A DNA stretch of 64,000 nt from a virus: positions 1 through 64,000 of IMG/VR virus record IMGVR_UViG_3300019458_000033, one strand, 5' to 3'. A program made the position numbers and the translations under genes. Shown here one piece after another: positions 47,101 through 54,381 of the stretch; the stretch's first letter is position 1, and each line of letters starts with the position of its first letter. Below the pieces are notes generated by a model. That model was not told the origin of the DNA, ran no database searches, and saw only the letters and a list, made by a program, of their open reading frames with translations.

Positions 47101-47522
47101 GGATCTACAAGGTGGACCCCTACCAAAACGCCGTCCGCCGCAACTACGAGTCGCAGGCTGAGGCTGAGGCTGGCTATAACGAGATGATGTACCGGCTCGA
47201 AACCGCGCTGATCGCCCGCGAGACCATGGGCGACGTCGAGAGCTTCTACAAAGAGGACTTCGACCGGATCGTCAACGAATACCCGTTCGGCGGTAGCCGT
47301 GTGGCCATGGACATCGTCAAGCGGCAGAAGTCGGTCGGGTTCCAGGCGCGGCGCACGCGCGAGATGCTCATCAAAGGCGACCTGACAGAGGCCCAGCGCG
47401 AGCAGTTGAAGCGCCAACTCGAAGCGCTCCAGGACCGCCAGATGATCGAGTCTCGCAAGAATATCCGCGTTGGGGCGCGGCCCGTGCTGCCACCGCTGCC
47501 GGCGCCCGAGCAGGAGCCCTGA
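41121..47522 (+). CDS. giant multi-domain (polyvalent-type) internal/ejected protein, 2133 aa
   Basis: ParB/Srx-like segment (FLQNRDR...VVEAGNGRTIALRRE). HExxH zincin motif HERAH at 44109-44123. Pro-rich linker around 42000-42300. Gly-zipper hydrophobic block VVGNAAGTVIGGLLGGPAGAIIGGYGGSILGGAMG. Confidence 0.7.
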   Translation: MPTGAEREFYESLKKTRLLPSEAREIWDARSDQSKLQQALTRYRNYIPDALRGEINERARNTALEITGSSPAGRAARLMSTFGIEAKPEPVQPAPGAPMTFGEIGRSVAEGLPIKPTITGKTPGGALGQFALGTEERPTLLGGALRSSRAIEPLSEVPGMLLEPAVDVTALTPERGAARGVAEFATGMASPAGLALGALGLPAIGATAGSRLLSQMAARLGLGASLAYEAGKRVPGFFERLNEIVKPGSDPELVKIQQEEMTQALLESATGLGLIRSGLGPLRSVARAGAAPKAAAGVAGARAGLPPPRPPGIEAPRPLIEPPGPRTATGRRPPAGAPRAMPGQRPPAAPRFRPDQPVLRRDLPPMPGKSPFPPLPTGAPGMPPMRQRPKGFLPRGAFQMGPAAGVPQDLEATGGAPPRALDFTPSDMAKPGGSQPLSRGRPVWMKAGESSVMGEWAVVRNRDLVTSNSSALVENPDYPQFLQNRDRSSRASEASIRQIQSRLDPEQLGESYLASDGAPVIGGDMVVEAGNGRTIALRREYDSETPRAARYRDWLLKNAERFGVDPKAIESVPDPQLVRIRSDANPIDRMEFARLANVSQVAQLSPAELASQDAARMPPRLLELFDTESEAGLLAESNRDFVRGFAETLVEPSEQPGFMAAGGELSSQGLTRVRNAIIAKAYGDPQILARVAESANDEQKNILGALVGAAPRMVYSQKGIADGVFHDLPIHQDAARAANLMTELAGRGFTVEDFVRQQSLFATGRELTAEQEAIARYFEANARSPRKLQAYLDNYNEALVAAGNPRQSAIFGGRPPSRVDLLEAARQVTEAEYAEKARQRKGLREAEAKPGRRAQVGQKDAGLKARLGDRQLQPFQGSFKNPVDLMQGADMVYRKPRKNRPGMLFVNEGGSALVEIMSGHMGSGQLLGAQIPEKASRSMLKRMDEVIGRETTQLLPWVRDKLQLMRLEMQRALDDNGQILVARADRPMGEVKETIRHERAHYFMEALGLKVDPVALLSDPLFYDYGHELTKLGYGNANARQIVEEIANYAMAGRGNWKQIGMPRVDARQVVASWIMHLAERNGSAAFAVSEMASPELFETVRIVREQASEAFGIDYDPATVAQQIEALVGGGRPAGGLEHAAPAEGGAGGGPPGGTGGIRPPVPGDTGGPGGPNFALRRPRLDPKIEQQLAATAKKANALTRAKDFLGERFIHEWKVRHLPEFSNRLRLFRGAGIDSARRAVTQLETVLEGLRRDEYKQFFSPLAILYDFRATAQRGLGLPNDIDPVAVDQAIAALEKAAPKPVFAALARHMDLVQREVGADLVARGKITPGAAASPYFPHMVMDYSERLGEMAWMPSRLRTPGRRYARKRSGSKRLINPDYIDVMYKHLMRVHLDNAVDDFIQGVANDYDQLGSLTPQERLNLFGKTRQPRPDELVEIQRLVTRTVAGPRGPVVQRSLETVTLVGWSPNPGNRFENVNTITDARLDKAKAQQMTADQMEQAGMFGERLAMAGPTKTYLLEPAIAERLNKFREPKQNSILMDLPYGTPEWKRWTLAWAGLPFQVHNFVGDAAAAYLFMPSYVGLVVGNAAGTVIGGLLGGPAGAIIGGYGGSILGGAMGIEFFEAIQVLSANPPPHLAGIKDMMYAQRVVETSTLQGGEVLGQVPRPELSRKIGPLVPFENPYIEKVFGGWKGAWAKWNPLHLYETAGTYRESLLRTAIFLRGMKKIQAGQYAQLERRMAKMFKVSGLKPIDVVGKASRRLLVDYGESAPVYEREVRGLVLPFVHWAASMTYNVGRYAWNFPFELAAKIGIPLTLLYLWNTMGDRAESEANAPDYLRSMTHFNTGWRDDEGKEIWIAFENPWDMFARVFGFDKARDYFEQVERGEITPLDAGAKFARDVMIGKAGPLAVAHDMLHPVAKILEGWASGKDQFSGRPICPPSIEGTGECAMIKGMWGVGQLFSPVGAFLRAENVVGEGGPLRRTLQRPIDWQRALGIYKVDPYQNAVRRNYESQAEAEAGYNEMMYRLETALIARETMGDVESFYKEDFDRIVNEYPFGGSRVAMDIVKRQKSVGFQARRTREMLIKGDLTEAQREQLKRQLEALQDRQMIESRKNIRVGARPVLPPLPAPEQEP
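41662..41676. repeat. palindrome family copy, 1 mismatch (TTGCGGAATTCGCAA), intragenic
   Basis: Reads VAEFAT. Confidence 0.7.
43192..43206. repeat. palindrome family copy, perfect, intragenic
   Basis: Reads VAESAN. Confidence 0.9.
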
Positions 47523-47524
47523 CC

Positions 47525-47701
47525 ATGTCCAAGCAGGAAGCCGAGCGTCAGATCGAGCGCGTCAAGTTTTTGCGCGAGCTCGCCGAGGTGGATCGCCAAC
47601 GCGCCGAACGGCTGGATGAGCGGGCTCAGGCTATGGAGATCGAGGCGCTTGAAACCCTCTCCGAGCTTTGGCGGCAGGAGCATAGCGGGCAGGAGGTCTG
47701 A
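47525..47701 (+). CDS. small coiled-coil protein (58 aa, below the track cutoff)
   Basis: My own translation: MSKQEAERQIERVKFLRELAEVDRQRAERLDERAQAMEIEALETLSELWRQEHSGQEV. Confidence 0.45.
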   Translation: MSKQEAERQIERVKFLRELAEVDRQRAERLDERAQAMEIEALETLSELWRQEHSGQEV

Positions 47702-47703
47702 TT

Positions 47704-47913
47704 TTGCAACTTCCGCATACCGGAACGTGGCGCGAGTTGGTCGCCTGGATTCTCACCGGCGCGCTCGGAGCCGCTGCGGCCTACACTGAGATGCGCCGCG
47801 GCGAGACCGAGGTTGGCTGCGCCCAGACGGTCGAGCGGGCCGTTGCCGCCCAGCGCGACAAGGATACGGAAACCCTCAAAATCGTAGTTGAGATCGCGCA
47901 GGGGAGACTCTGA
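47704..47913 (+). CDS. small membrane protein
   Basis: AGGAGG lies 7 nt before the TTG start. Contains WRELVAWILTGALGAAAAY. Confidence 0.5.
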   Translation: MQLPHTGTWRELVAWILTGALGAAAAYTEMRRGETEVGCAQTVERAVAAQRDKDTETLKIVVEIAQGRL

Positions 47914-48561
47914 TTGATCCAGCCAAACGTTCTTGTCGGCCTACTACTGGCTATAATTGCCTGTACGGTTGGAATCCAGTTCGCTATTCTCCAGATCGCC
48001 TTCGGGTACTGGCGGCCGGATTGGCGGCTGTGGATACGCCGCGGCGGCCACATGGTCATGTTCATGATGGTGCTGGTGGCTGGCGGCGGCAGCCAGAATA
48101 CTCCGGCGCAAGCCCAGCAGGACGCGACCACGCGCCGCGTCGAGCGGCTTGAGGATCAGGCGACTGGGTTCACCGCAACCGATGCCGACCTGAAGGCCAT
48201 CGTCGCGCAGCAGAAAGACATGCTGCAGCAGTTGATTGCCACAAACGCCAAACAGGACGAGCGAATCAACGTCAACACCGACACATTGCAAAAAATCTCG
48301 ATCGCCGCCGACACAATAAAGGAATCCCAGGATCAATTCGCCGACCGTGTGACTTGGGTCGGCGGACTGCTGACAACGGCGGTTATTTTGGCTGGTTTTT
48401 TCCTGGACAGGCTCCGGGAACGCAGAATGCGCAACGGGCACAGCCCGTTCACCGAGCCGTTTGTAAAGCTGGAAAAGAAGATGGCGGAAGGTCGCAGCGA
48501 GACTAACGAGTTACTGCGGCAGTTGCTTGATGTCCAGACTGGAAGAAGGAGAACACGATGA
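47914..48561 (+). CDS. membrane protein with coiled-coil ectodomain
   Basis: Two N-terminal TM segments and one C-terminal TM segment. TTG start. Confidence 0.5.
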   Translation: MIQPNVLVGLLLAIIACTVGIQFAILQIAFGYWRPDWRLWIRRGGHMVMFMMVLVAGGGSQNTPAQAQQDATTRRVERLEDQATGFTATDADLKAIVAQQKDMLQQLIATNAKQDERINVNTDTLQKISIAADTIKESQDQFADRVTWVGGLLTTAVILAGFFLDRLRERRMRNGHSPFTEPFVKLEKKMAEGRSETNELLRQLLDVQTGRRRTR

Positions 48562-48755
48562 AACACCTGATCGATTGGAGCCCTATCGGGCTGTTCATTG
48601 TCGGAGCGCTGGCCATCGGCGGCGCGCTGCTGAAGGTGGCGGGGATCGACCCGCAGTCGTTCCGCCAGAACGGGATGGAGCAGTTGATTGCCTGCGCCGG
48701 GTGCCCGGAGCCGCCTTGCCCCTCGCCATTCCCAGGGATCTGCGAGGATAGCTAG
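48558..48755 (+). CDS. small membrane protein, Cys-rich tail
   Basis: ATGA overlap with the upstream gene. Contains IGLFIVGALAIGGALLKV. It is the last + strand gene. Confidence 0.5.
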   Translation: MKHLIDWSPIGLFIVGALAIGGALLKVAGIDPQSFRQNGMEQLIACAGCPEPPCPSPFPGICEDS

Positions 48756-48847
48756 CTCCAGCGGCGAATCGCCGAGTAGAGAAACGCCGCCACCGAGAAC
48801 CCAACCAGCACGCCGGCGGCGAACCCAAGTCCGTATGCCAGGCTCAC
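48752..48847 (-). CDS. possible 31-aa membrane peptide coupled to the VRR-NUC gene
   Basis: GTGA start/stop overlap. Translation SLAYGLGFAAGVLVGFSVAAFLYSAIRRWS. Confidence 0.2.
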   Translation of the reverse strand: MSLAYGLGFAAGVLVGFSVAAFLYSAIRRWS

Positions 48848-49368
48848 AAGAGATGTGCTTTCGGCGGGATATAGAGCCTGAGGTCCTCCGGACTCGACAC
48901 CAGCCACCACAGCGCGTTCTGCTTGCGGCAGAGGTCCTGAAACTCGCGCTGTTCGCGGCTTAACCGGCCACTGGATGATTTTGTTTCGATCCATGCGATC
49001 CTCGCGTAAGTGGTTGCGGCCGTCTCGCCGCTCCAGATGTCATGCACCGGCCTGCCTGCCGGGATCATCAGCAACATGTCGGGAGTTCCGGTCGGTGCCA
49101 GGTCGATCCACTGCTCAGCGGTGCGCACGATGCCCTTGTGGGCGCCAGCGAGCGCGGCTGCCGGGTTCTCGTCAGGGAACACATTGGCTGGCAGCGTGAA
49201 TCCGGGGGCGAACCGCCCGCCGTGGCGCGCCTTGCCGCAATGCACGCGCATCGCCCAAATGGATTCCCAGCCGAGGTATTCCTTGACGTGGCGCAGCAGG
49301 TTGCCCTCTTTCGAGGGGGCCTTGTGGCCGAAGCGTGGCCGGCGCTTAGTGGATGATTCCCGCACCAA
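48844..49368 (-). CDS. VRR-NUC domain nuclease
   Basis: GTPDMLLMIP...IAWIETKSSSGRLSREQREFQ is the PD-(D/E)xK VRR-NUC pattern. Confidence 0.7.
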   Translation of the reverse strand: MVRESSTKRRPRFGHKAPSKEGNLLRHVKEYLGWESIWAMRVHCGKARHGGRFAPGFTLPANVFPDENPAAALAGAHKGIVRTAEQWIDLAPTGTPDMLLMIPAGRPVHDIWSGETAATTYARIAWIETKSSSGRLSREQREFQDLCRKQNALWWLVSSPEDLRLYIPPKAHLL

Positions 49369-49594
49369 GCACCGCCGTTGTCAACCGGGTGACTTCTTCG
49401 TCTTCGGGGAATTGATGCTGCGCGTGGCGCGCGACGACTGCCGCGCCGGCGTGCTCGCGGTCGGGACAGTGTAGGACATCGACGAGCAGGTCGATCAAAA
49501 ACTGCCGCCAGTGGGCGTCGTCAGCGGCCTTCTCGCGCGTCGTGGCACGCGGCGCAGAGCCCTGTGGTTGTTTCGGGGAGGTCTTTTCTGCCAT
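49346..49594 (-). CDS. hypothetical protein
   Basis: GAAGGAGAAGCC precedes the ATG at 49594. It overlaps the HNH gene's 3' end. Confidence 0.45.
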   Translation of the reverse strand: MAEKTSPKQPQGSAPRATTREKAADDAHWRQFLIDLLVDVLHCPDREHAGAAVVARHAQHQFPEDEEVTRLTTAVLGAGIIH

Positions 49595-49874
49595 GGCTTC
49601 TCCTTCGGGTATGGTGTCCCTGTAGTGGTTTGATCTTGCCGCAGTCAGCGCACTTCCAACTCTGGCGCTTGAACACAAACGCGCACACGCGCCGCCAGTT
49701 CATCTCGACCAAGTCCAGCAGCGCCTCGCCCTCGGTCGGCCCGCTGCCGAATGCCGCCTCGATCTGCTGCTCAGGGTGGCGGCCGGAAGCCACCCAGCCC
49801 TCGTGGCAGGGCGTGATGACGATCTCAAGCTCGGTGATCGTGCGGGCGTTTTCGAGAGTCAATGGTGGTACCAA
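49521..49874 (-). CDS. HNH nuclease with HicB-like N-terminal domain
   Basis: N-terminal LEIVITPCHEGWVASGRHPEQQIEAAFGSGPTEGEALLDLVE. C-terminal CADCGK...LQGHHTRRRSHGRKD...GLCAACH. Confidence 0.6.
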   Translation of the reverse strand: MVPPLTLENARTITELEIVITPCHEGWVASGRHPEQQIEAAFGSGPTEGEALLDLVEMNWRRVCAFVFKRQSWKCADCGKIKPLQGHHTRRRSHGRKDLPETTTGLCAACHDAREGR

Positions 49875-50251
49875 GCCTCCGGGAACTGATTCCCTGGTTC
49901 GAAGATGTTATCTGAGATACGAATCCCGACAGTGTCTGCGTCTTGCAGCGTGATGTATGCGCCTTCTCCTGGCGGCGTTATAGATGGGAATGAGATCTGG
50001 AAATTATCACTCGGTACGCATACCGGGCTGAGTTCGCGCAGCATAGCATGGGCCTTATCGACCGCCTCGAATTGGCGCTTAATGACCTTGTCCTGGTAGG
50101 CTATCACGGCGCTTTGGGTGTCAATCGTTGCCCTTAAGATATCAACCGGTTGATGCCTGCGATGCTGCCAAAAGGCGTTCCCAAGCAGCGCAATCGAAAG
50201 GCAGCAAGCGCAAACACACGCAGAAAATACCACAACTTTAAGAATCTTCAT
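49859..50251 (-). CDS. membrane-anchored hypothetical protein, low-GC island
   Basis: GGAGGCGAG SD. N-terminus MKILKVVVFSACVCACCLSIALLG. Confidence 0.55.
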   Translation of the reverse strand: MKILKVVVFSACVCACCLSIALLGNAFWQHRRHQPVDILRATIDTQSAVIAYQDKVIKRQFEAVDKAHAMLRELSPVCVPSDNFQISFPSITPPGEGAYITLQDADTVGIRISDNIFEPGNQFPEAWYHH

Positions 50252-51003
50252 CTCGCCTCCTGAGCCTCCTGAATTTGCGAAATCCGCAACTCCTGCTGGT
50301 AGCCCCTGGCCAGCGCCGCCTCGGCCTCGGCCTCATTCTGGCGATCGCGGTAGTAGGCGACAATCCATCGCATCTCGGCTTCCGAGCGCGGGTTGCGCAT
50401 ATTGCTGACCACGCCTTGGAGTTCCTCGGGGATCGCCTCCGGCTTCCCCAGCACTTCGGCCAGCCACTGGTTGATCTTGGCGATGGCCTGCTGCCCAGTC
50501 GCGACCTGGTCGGCAGGCTCGAACAGCGCACCCACCGGATCCACCGCTCCGGCAATCAACTTGGGCGTGTAGCGGCTGTAGATGGTCACAAAGCCAGCCT
50601 CGGCCGGCGTCTCCTGGAACTCGTTGGGTGCGCCGCCGAAAAACTTGACGCCTTCCTCAGTCAACTTGGGCCCGGCAATCAGCGCGCCGATCTGCCAGTC
50701 GAGCAGCTTGTCGTTGTTGGCGAGTAGCCCGCCTGCGAGCGAGGTCGCAAAGCCCAGGATCTGCAGCCCGCGGATCACCCGCTGCTTGCGCGAGCGGTAG
50801 TTTGCCGTCGAGCCAAGTTGGGTCACCTTGGCGTTACGCACCGGGGCGATACCGTTGGCGGTCAGCAGGTCCCAGGCCTGATCGTAGTCCATGCGCTTAC
50901 AGGACCACTCGCTGATATCGGACAGCGCAGGCGTGGGCTGCTGGGAGCAGGTCTGCGGCCAGGCAATGGCTTGGAATAGGACAATGGCGAGTAGGAATTT
51001 CAT
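50248..51003 (-). CDS. secreted hypothetical protein
   Basis: N-terminus MKFLLAIVLFQAIAWPQTCSQ looks like a signal peptide. Confidence 0.6.
   Translation of the reverse strand: MKFLLAIVLFQAIAWPQTCSQQPTPALSDISEWSCKRMDYDQAWDLLTANGIAPVRNAKVTQLGSTANYRSRKQRVIRGLQILGFATSLAGGLLANNDKLLDWQIGALIAGPKLTEEGVKFFGGAPNEFQETPAEAGFVTIYSRYTPKLIAGAVDPVGALFEPADQVATGQQAIAKINQWLAEVLGKPEAIPEELQGVVSNMRNPRSEAEMRWIVAYYRDRQNEAEAEAALARGYQQELRISQIQEAQEAR
50275..50289. repeat. palindrome family copy, 1 mismatch (TTGCGAAATCCGCAA)
   Basis: Lies in the 3' end of 50248-51003 (reads ELRISQ), 23 nt before the start at 50251. Confidence 0.7.
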
Positions 51004-51018
51004 GGGTTAGCTATCCCT

Positions 51019-51546
51019 TTACATGTCAAGGTCGTACTTGCGTGGCTTTGGCTCTGCCTGGTTGTAGGCCGGGGCCTTGGGAGACGGGGGTAGGCCTTGC
51101 AAACCAGCCCAACGACCAGGCGAACCCTTGCTGGCTATCTTGCGAAGCCTGGCTATCTCGGCAGCGTACTGGTCTGGCCGGTCCTTGCGCCATTGGATAT
51201 CGGCATCAAGACATTGACGGAGTTGTTCGATTGGCATCGAGGCAAGGTCGGCGATATCGATCGCGCCATATGCGGAGTACTCAAGCAGAATTGCACGCTG
51301 GGCATCGTTAAGTAGGCGCATTGTATCGGCTGGCGTGCGGCGCTCGGATTCGCCCTTGACGGTGACCGAGAACAGTGTGAATTCTTCGGCGCACGGATCT
51401 GGCTCGAAGCGTAGCGTGGCTTTGGTTTCCATGGTGATTTGGTGGTAGCCGCGATACGGCGCCGGTGGAATCTTGACTGCTTCTTGGCCGGCGACTACCC
51501 AAGCGCCACTCGGAAAAACTCCGTCAATCAGGTAGTTAACAGGCAT
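51019..51546 (-). CDS. hypothetical early protein with conserved C-terminal tail
   Basis: ATG lies 1 nt from the palindrome and there is no SD. C-terminus PPSPKAPAYNQAEPKPRKYDLDM. Confidence 0.55.
   Translation of the reverse strand: MPVNYLIDGVFPSGAWVVAGQEAVKIPPAPYRGYHQITMETKATLRFEPDPCAEEFTLFSVTVKGESERRTPADTMRLLNDAQRAILLEYSAYGAIDIADLASMPIEQLRQCLDADIQWRKDRPDQYAAEIARLRKIASKGSPGRWAGLQGLPPSPKAPAYNQAEPKPRKYDLDM
51029..51076 (-). repeat. 48-nt repeat encoding the shared C-terminal tail, copy 1
   Basis: 44 of 48 nt are identical to 52361-52408. Confidence 0.85.
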
Positions 51547-51547
51547 T

Positions 51548-51562
51548 TTGCGGATTCCGCAA
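51548..51562. repeat. palindrome family copy, perfect
   Basis: On the - strand the junction reads TGA-AAG-palindrome-A-ATG. Confidence 0.9.
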
Positions 51563-51565
51563 CTT

Positions 51566-52351
51566 TCAGCGCTGCGCCCCAAAGGCTGCATCAGAGACAC
51601 CGTTGACCCATTGCCTGGTCGCCTCATCGCCTTCCTGGCGAATTCCGGCCGCCACGTGCGTTGCTACGTAGCCCAGGATCGCATCGATGCGGTTGTCGGG
51701 CCCCTCCCCAGCATAAGCCACTAGGTCGGCTGACTCAATGAAGTCGGCAAACGCCTTGGCCGCCTCGGCGCTCGCTCCGGCGAGTACCTTCAGGATGCGC
51801 TCGATCTGGCCCGCGGCGGCTTTGTCAGGGACCCACACACGCACCGTGGCCCCTTCCTCGGCGGAGACTTCGCGGCGGAAGTCGCGCGGGCGCAGCGTCA
51901 CCGCCTGCTCGACGATTCCAGGGTCGAGCTTTTTGCCGGAGGCTTTCTGCGCCTTCTCGACCTTAACGATCGTTCGGGCGTTGGTCAGCGGCAGCGCGGC
52001 AAGCCTTTCGGGGTCAAGCGATGCGATCGCCTCCGACTCAGCCATCTCGATCGCCTCGTAGGCGGTGCGCGTCGCCACAAACGCCAGCGCCGGCATGTCG
52101 TCCATGAACGCGCCCCAACCGTCGTAACCCCACTCCAAGTGCAGTTTGCGCTGCTTGGTTTCGGCCAGCACATGCCCCAGCGCCTTGCGGGCTGGCGTGC
52201 CGGCGTTCTCGACCGCCTGTAGAAAGCGTCCTGCTTCGCGCAGGATACCCTTGACGGCGTCGGGGGCGGCGCGGTGGAGCTTTGCCTGCCAGTCTGGCAG
52301 TACCAGCGCTGCGGCGTCAGGAACGAGCTTGATGGTGGTCTGCACGGTCAT
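51566..52351 (-). CDS. hypothetical early protein
   Basis: ORF in track; ATGA-type overlap with the upstream gene. Confidence 0.6.
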   Translation of the reverse strand: MTVQTTIKLVPDAAALVLPDWQAKLHRAAPDAVKGILREAGRFLQAVENAGTPARKALGHVLAETKQRKLHLEWGYDGWGAFMDDMPALAFVATRTAYEAIEMAESEAIASLDPERLAALPLTNARTIVKVEKAQKASGKKLDPGIVEQAVTLRPRDFRREVSAEEGATVRVWVPDKAAAGQIERILKVLAGASAEAAKAFADFIESADLVAYAGEGPDNRIDAILGYVATHVAAGIRQEGDEATRQWVNGVSDAAFGAQR

Positions 52352-52887
52352 TCTCCTGAAAGGTCGTACTTACGTGGCTTGGGCTCTGCCGGGTTGTAGG
52401 CTGGGGCCCTGGGCGGCGGGGGTTGCTCTGGTGGTGGCGGCGGTGGATCATCGACGACGACATCACCCCAGCCGTCAGGCGCCGTGAAAGCAAGGCGACC
52501 CTGCCCTCCGAGCCACCTTAGAATTTTATCTTGCTCAGCCTTTCGGGCCTGCTCTGCCGCCTCATTACGTTCGTTCCGTTCGCGCACCGCCGCGAGGTCG
52601 GCTTGGAGCTTGGCGATGAACTCGGCGTAGCGCAGAACGGCGGTGCTGTCCGGGTCTGTCTGGTAAAGGCGATCCATAGTCCGCTGTAGCGCGGCGATCT
52701 GGATGTAAAGCGACTCCTCACTAGGCAGGATGGCAACGCTACGCGAGTCGCCAACAAACCGCTGCAACTCAGCCGCGGACAAACTCCCGCCGGCCACTAC
52801 GCGCCCGCGAAGGCGCCTGCGAAGGGAGTCGACCTCCCTGTCGCGGTTGAACCCCTTGGCGATGTCGATGTCAAATTGGTCAGGCAT
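52348..52887 (-). CDS. hypothetical early protein with conserved C-terminal tail
   Basis: Start MPDQFDIDIAKGF overlaps the upstream stop (TGATG). C-terminus PPPPRAPAYNPAEPKPRKYDLSGE. Confidence 0.55.
   Translation of the reverse strand: MPDQFDIDIAKGFNRDREVDSLRRRLRGRVVAGGSLSAAELQRFVGDSRSVAILPSEESLYIQIAALQRTMDRLYQTDPDSTAVLRYAEFIAKLQADLAAVRERNERNEAAEQARKAEQDKILRWLGGQGRLAFTAPDGWGDVVVDDPPPPPPEQPPPPRAPAYNPAEPKPRKYDLSGE
52361..52408 (-). repeat. 48-nt repeat encoding the shared C-terminal tail, copy 2
   Basis: See 51029-51076. Confidence 0.85.
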
Positions 52888-53306
52888 CAAGCCACCTCCC
52901 GCTGTTTGCGGTGCGAGATCAGCCGGCCGATGTGGCACGTGCATAGGCGCGCCTGGGTCAACCCCGGCCGATTGGGGACCGGCTCCTGCCTCCAGCCGGT
53001 GTTGCTGCACTCGGGGCAGTTCTGCTTGTCGGCCAGCGTGCGCAGCTTATCAGCCAGTGACAGCGTCCACAGGTTCGCCTTCGACATCGCCTCGACGTGG
53101 CCCGGCGTGGGACGCTTATGGGAGGGGTCGAGCAGGAAGGCGTCGATCGCCTCGTCGATGTGCTCCTCGCCCACCCACTTCTCAAACGCCTCGACCAGCG
53201 CATCCCACGCCGCAGGCTCCATGAACGGGCCATCGAGGCAGGACAGTCGCGTCACCTTGTTGCGGAACTCGTCTGACGCGCGCTTGGTTCGACGTTTACT
53301 TGGCAT
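52887..53306 (-). CDS. zinc-finger-like hypothetical protein
   Basis: NCPECSNTGW...RLCTCHIG. Basic N-terminus. Confidence 0.5.
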   Translation of the reverse strand: MPSKRRTKRASDEFRNKVTRLSCLDGPFMEPAAWDALVEAFEKWVGEEHIDEAIDAFLLDPSHKRPTPGHVEAMSKANLWTLSLADKLRTLADKQNCPECSNTGWRQEPVPNRPGLTQARLCTCHIGRLISHRKQREVA

Positions 53307-54330
53307 GTTTGTACTCGTTCTCGAACGTGGCGGCTTCGCGTTTATTGCAGCCCTTGATGGCTTCAAATAAGATCCCCATCACCTGAGATCCATCGAGGCC
53401 ATCATAGCCGTTGGTGCGGTCGTAGACCGGGCCGCCATAAACTTCATCCTCAAAGTAGTTTGGGAATGCCATCCTGAACCCGTCCACCTCCTGCCATTTC
53501 CAATCTGGTACGTCAGCGCCAAGTTTTGTTTCGATGTCCCTTTCTTCCAACCATTTGACCATATTGGAACAGGCTGGGAATACGTTTGCGCCGCGCTCTC
53601 GGCCGCTCCGGCCGATCTTGCGTGGCAACTGCTTAGGGCCGCCGCCGCCGTTGCGCTGTTCCGACGACACAAACCGGACTTTCAGTAGGCGCTCTCCAAG
53701 TGGCAGGCCTGCCGGCTCGGCACGGTACTCTGTCATGGCACCGGCCAGCGCCTCCCGGTACGAGCACATCTGCTCAAACCCCTCCAGGCGTGCTACCTGG
53801 TCACGCTGGCGAATCTTTACGAGTACAGCCTGGCCGGGGAGCCTGGCTCCGATCTCCTTGCAGGCGTCACGAATCCCATTCTTGATCGACCCAGAACAGG
53901 GAAGACTTAGGGCTGGTAGTTCTTCCTTCTTGTCTTCCAAGTCTTCTTGTTTAAGATATATAGTGGGGTCCGCCTGATACTCGGGCGGGGGCGGCCCGGA
54001 TTGGCTGGCCGCAGGGGGCGTGTTACCAGGCTCCCTAACGATCTCGTAGAGGCGACCACTGGGGTCGTCTTGAACTCTCAGAATTCCGATGTCGACCAAC
54101 CTAGCTGTCGCCCTAGTGAGCGAGTCTCGGCTGTTTTCACAGAGGCTGCGCAACTCGTCACGGCCGAACTGAACAGTTGCCTTGCCTTCACCAATAGTCC
54201 ATCGGCAGAGCACAATCAAGAGCTTTAATTCACACCCTGAGAGGGTTGGTAAAACTTCATCCACCAACTGGTGGGGAAGCATGGTAAAATGGCTTGCAGG
54301 GTAGCGATACTTTCCCATAAGCGATTCCAT
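53296..54330 (-). CDS. replication initiator-like protein (winged-helix N-terminus)
   Basis: FTMLPHQLVDEVLPTLSGCELKLLIVLCRWTIG resembles the phage O/DnaD-type HTH_36 N-terminal domain. Confidence 0.55.
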   Translation of the reverse strand: MESLMGKYRYPASHFTMLPHQLVDEVLPTLSGCELKLLIVLCRWTIGEGKATVQFGRDELRSLCENSRDSLTRATARLVDIGILRVQDDPSGRLYEIVREPGNTPPAASQSGPPPPEYQADPTIYLKQEDLEDKKEELPALSLPCSGSIKNGIRDACKEIGARLPGQAVLVKIRQRDQVARLEGFEQMCSYREALAGAMTEYRAEPAGLPLGERLLKVRFVSSEQRNGGGGPKQLPRKIGRSGRERGANVFPACSNMVKWLEERDIETKLGADVPDWKWQEVDGFRMAFPNYFEDEVYGGPVYDRTNGYDGLDGSQVMGILFEAIKGCNKREAATFENEYKHAK

Positions 54331-54381
54331 TCAGCCCTCGGGGTCACTCAATCCGGCCCCGGGGGCTTTCCCTTTTTAAAT

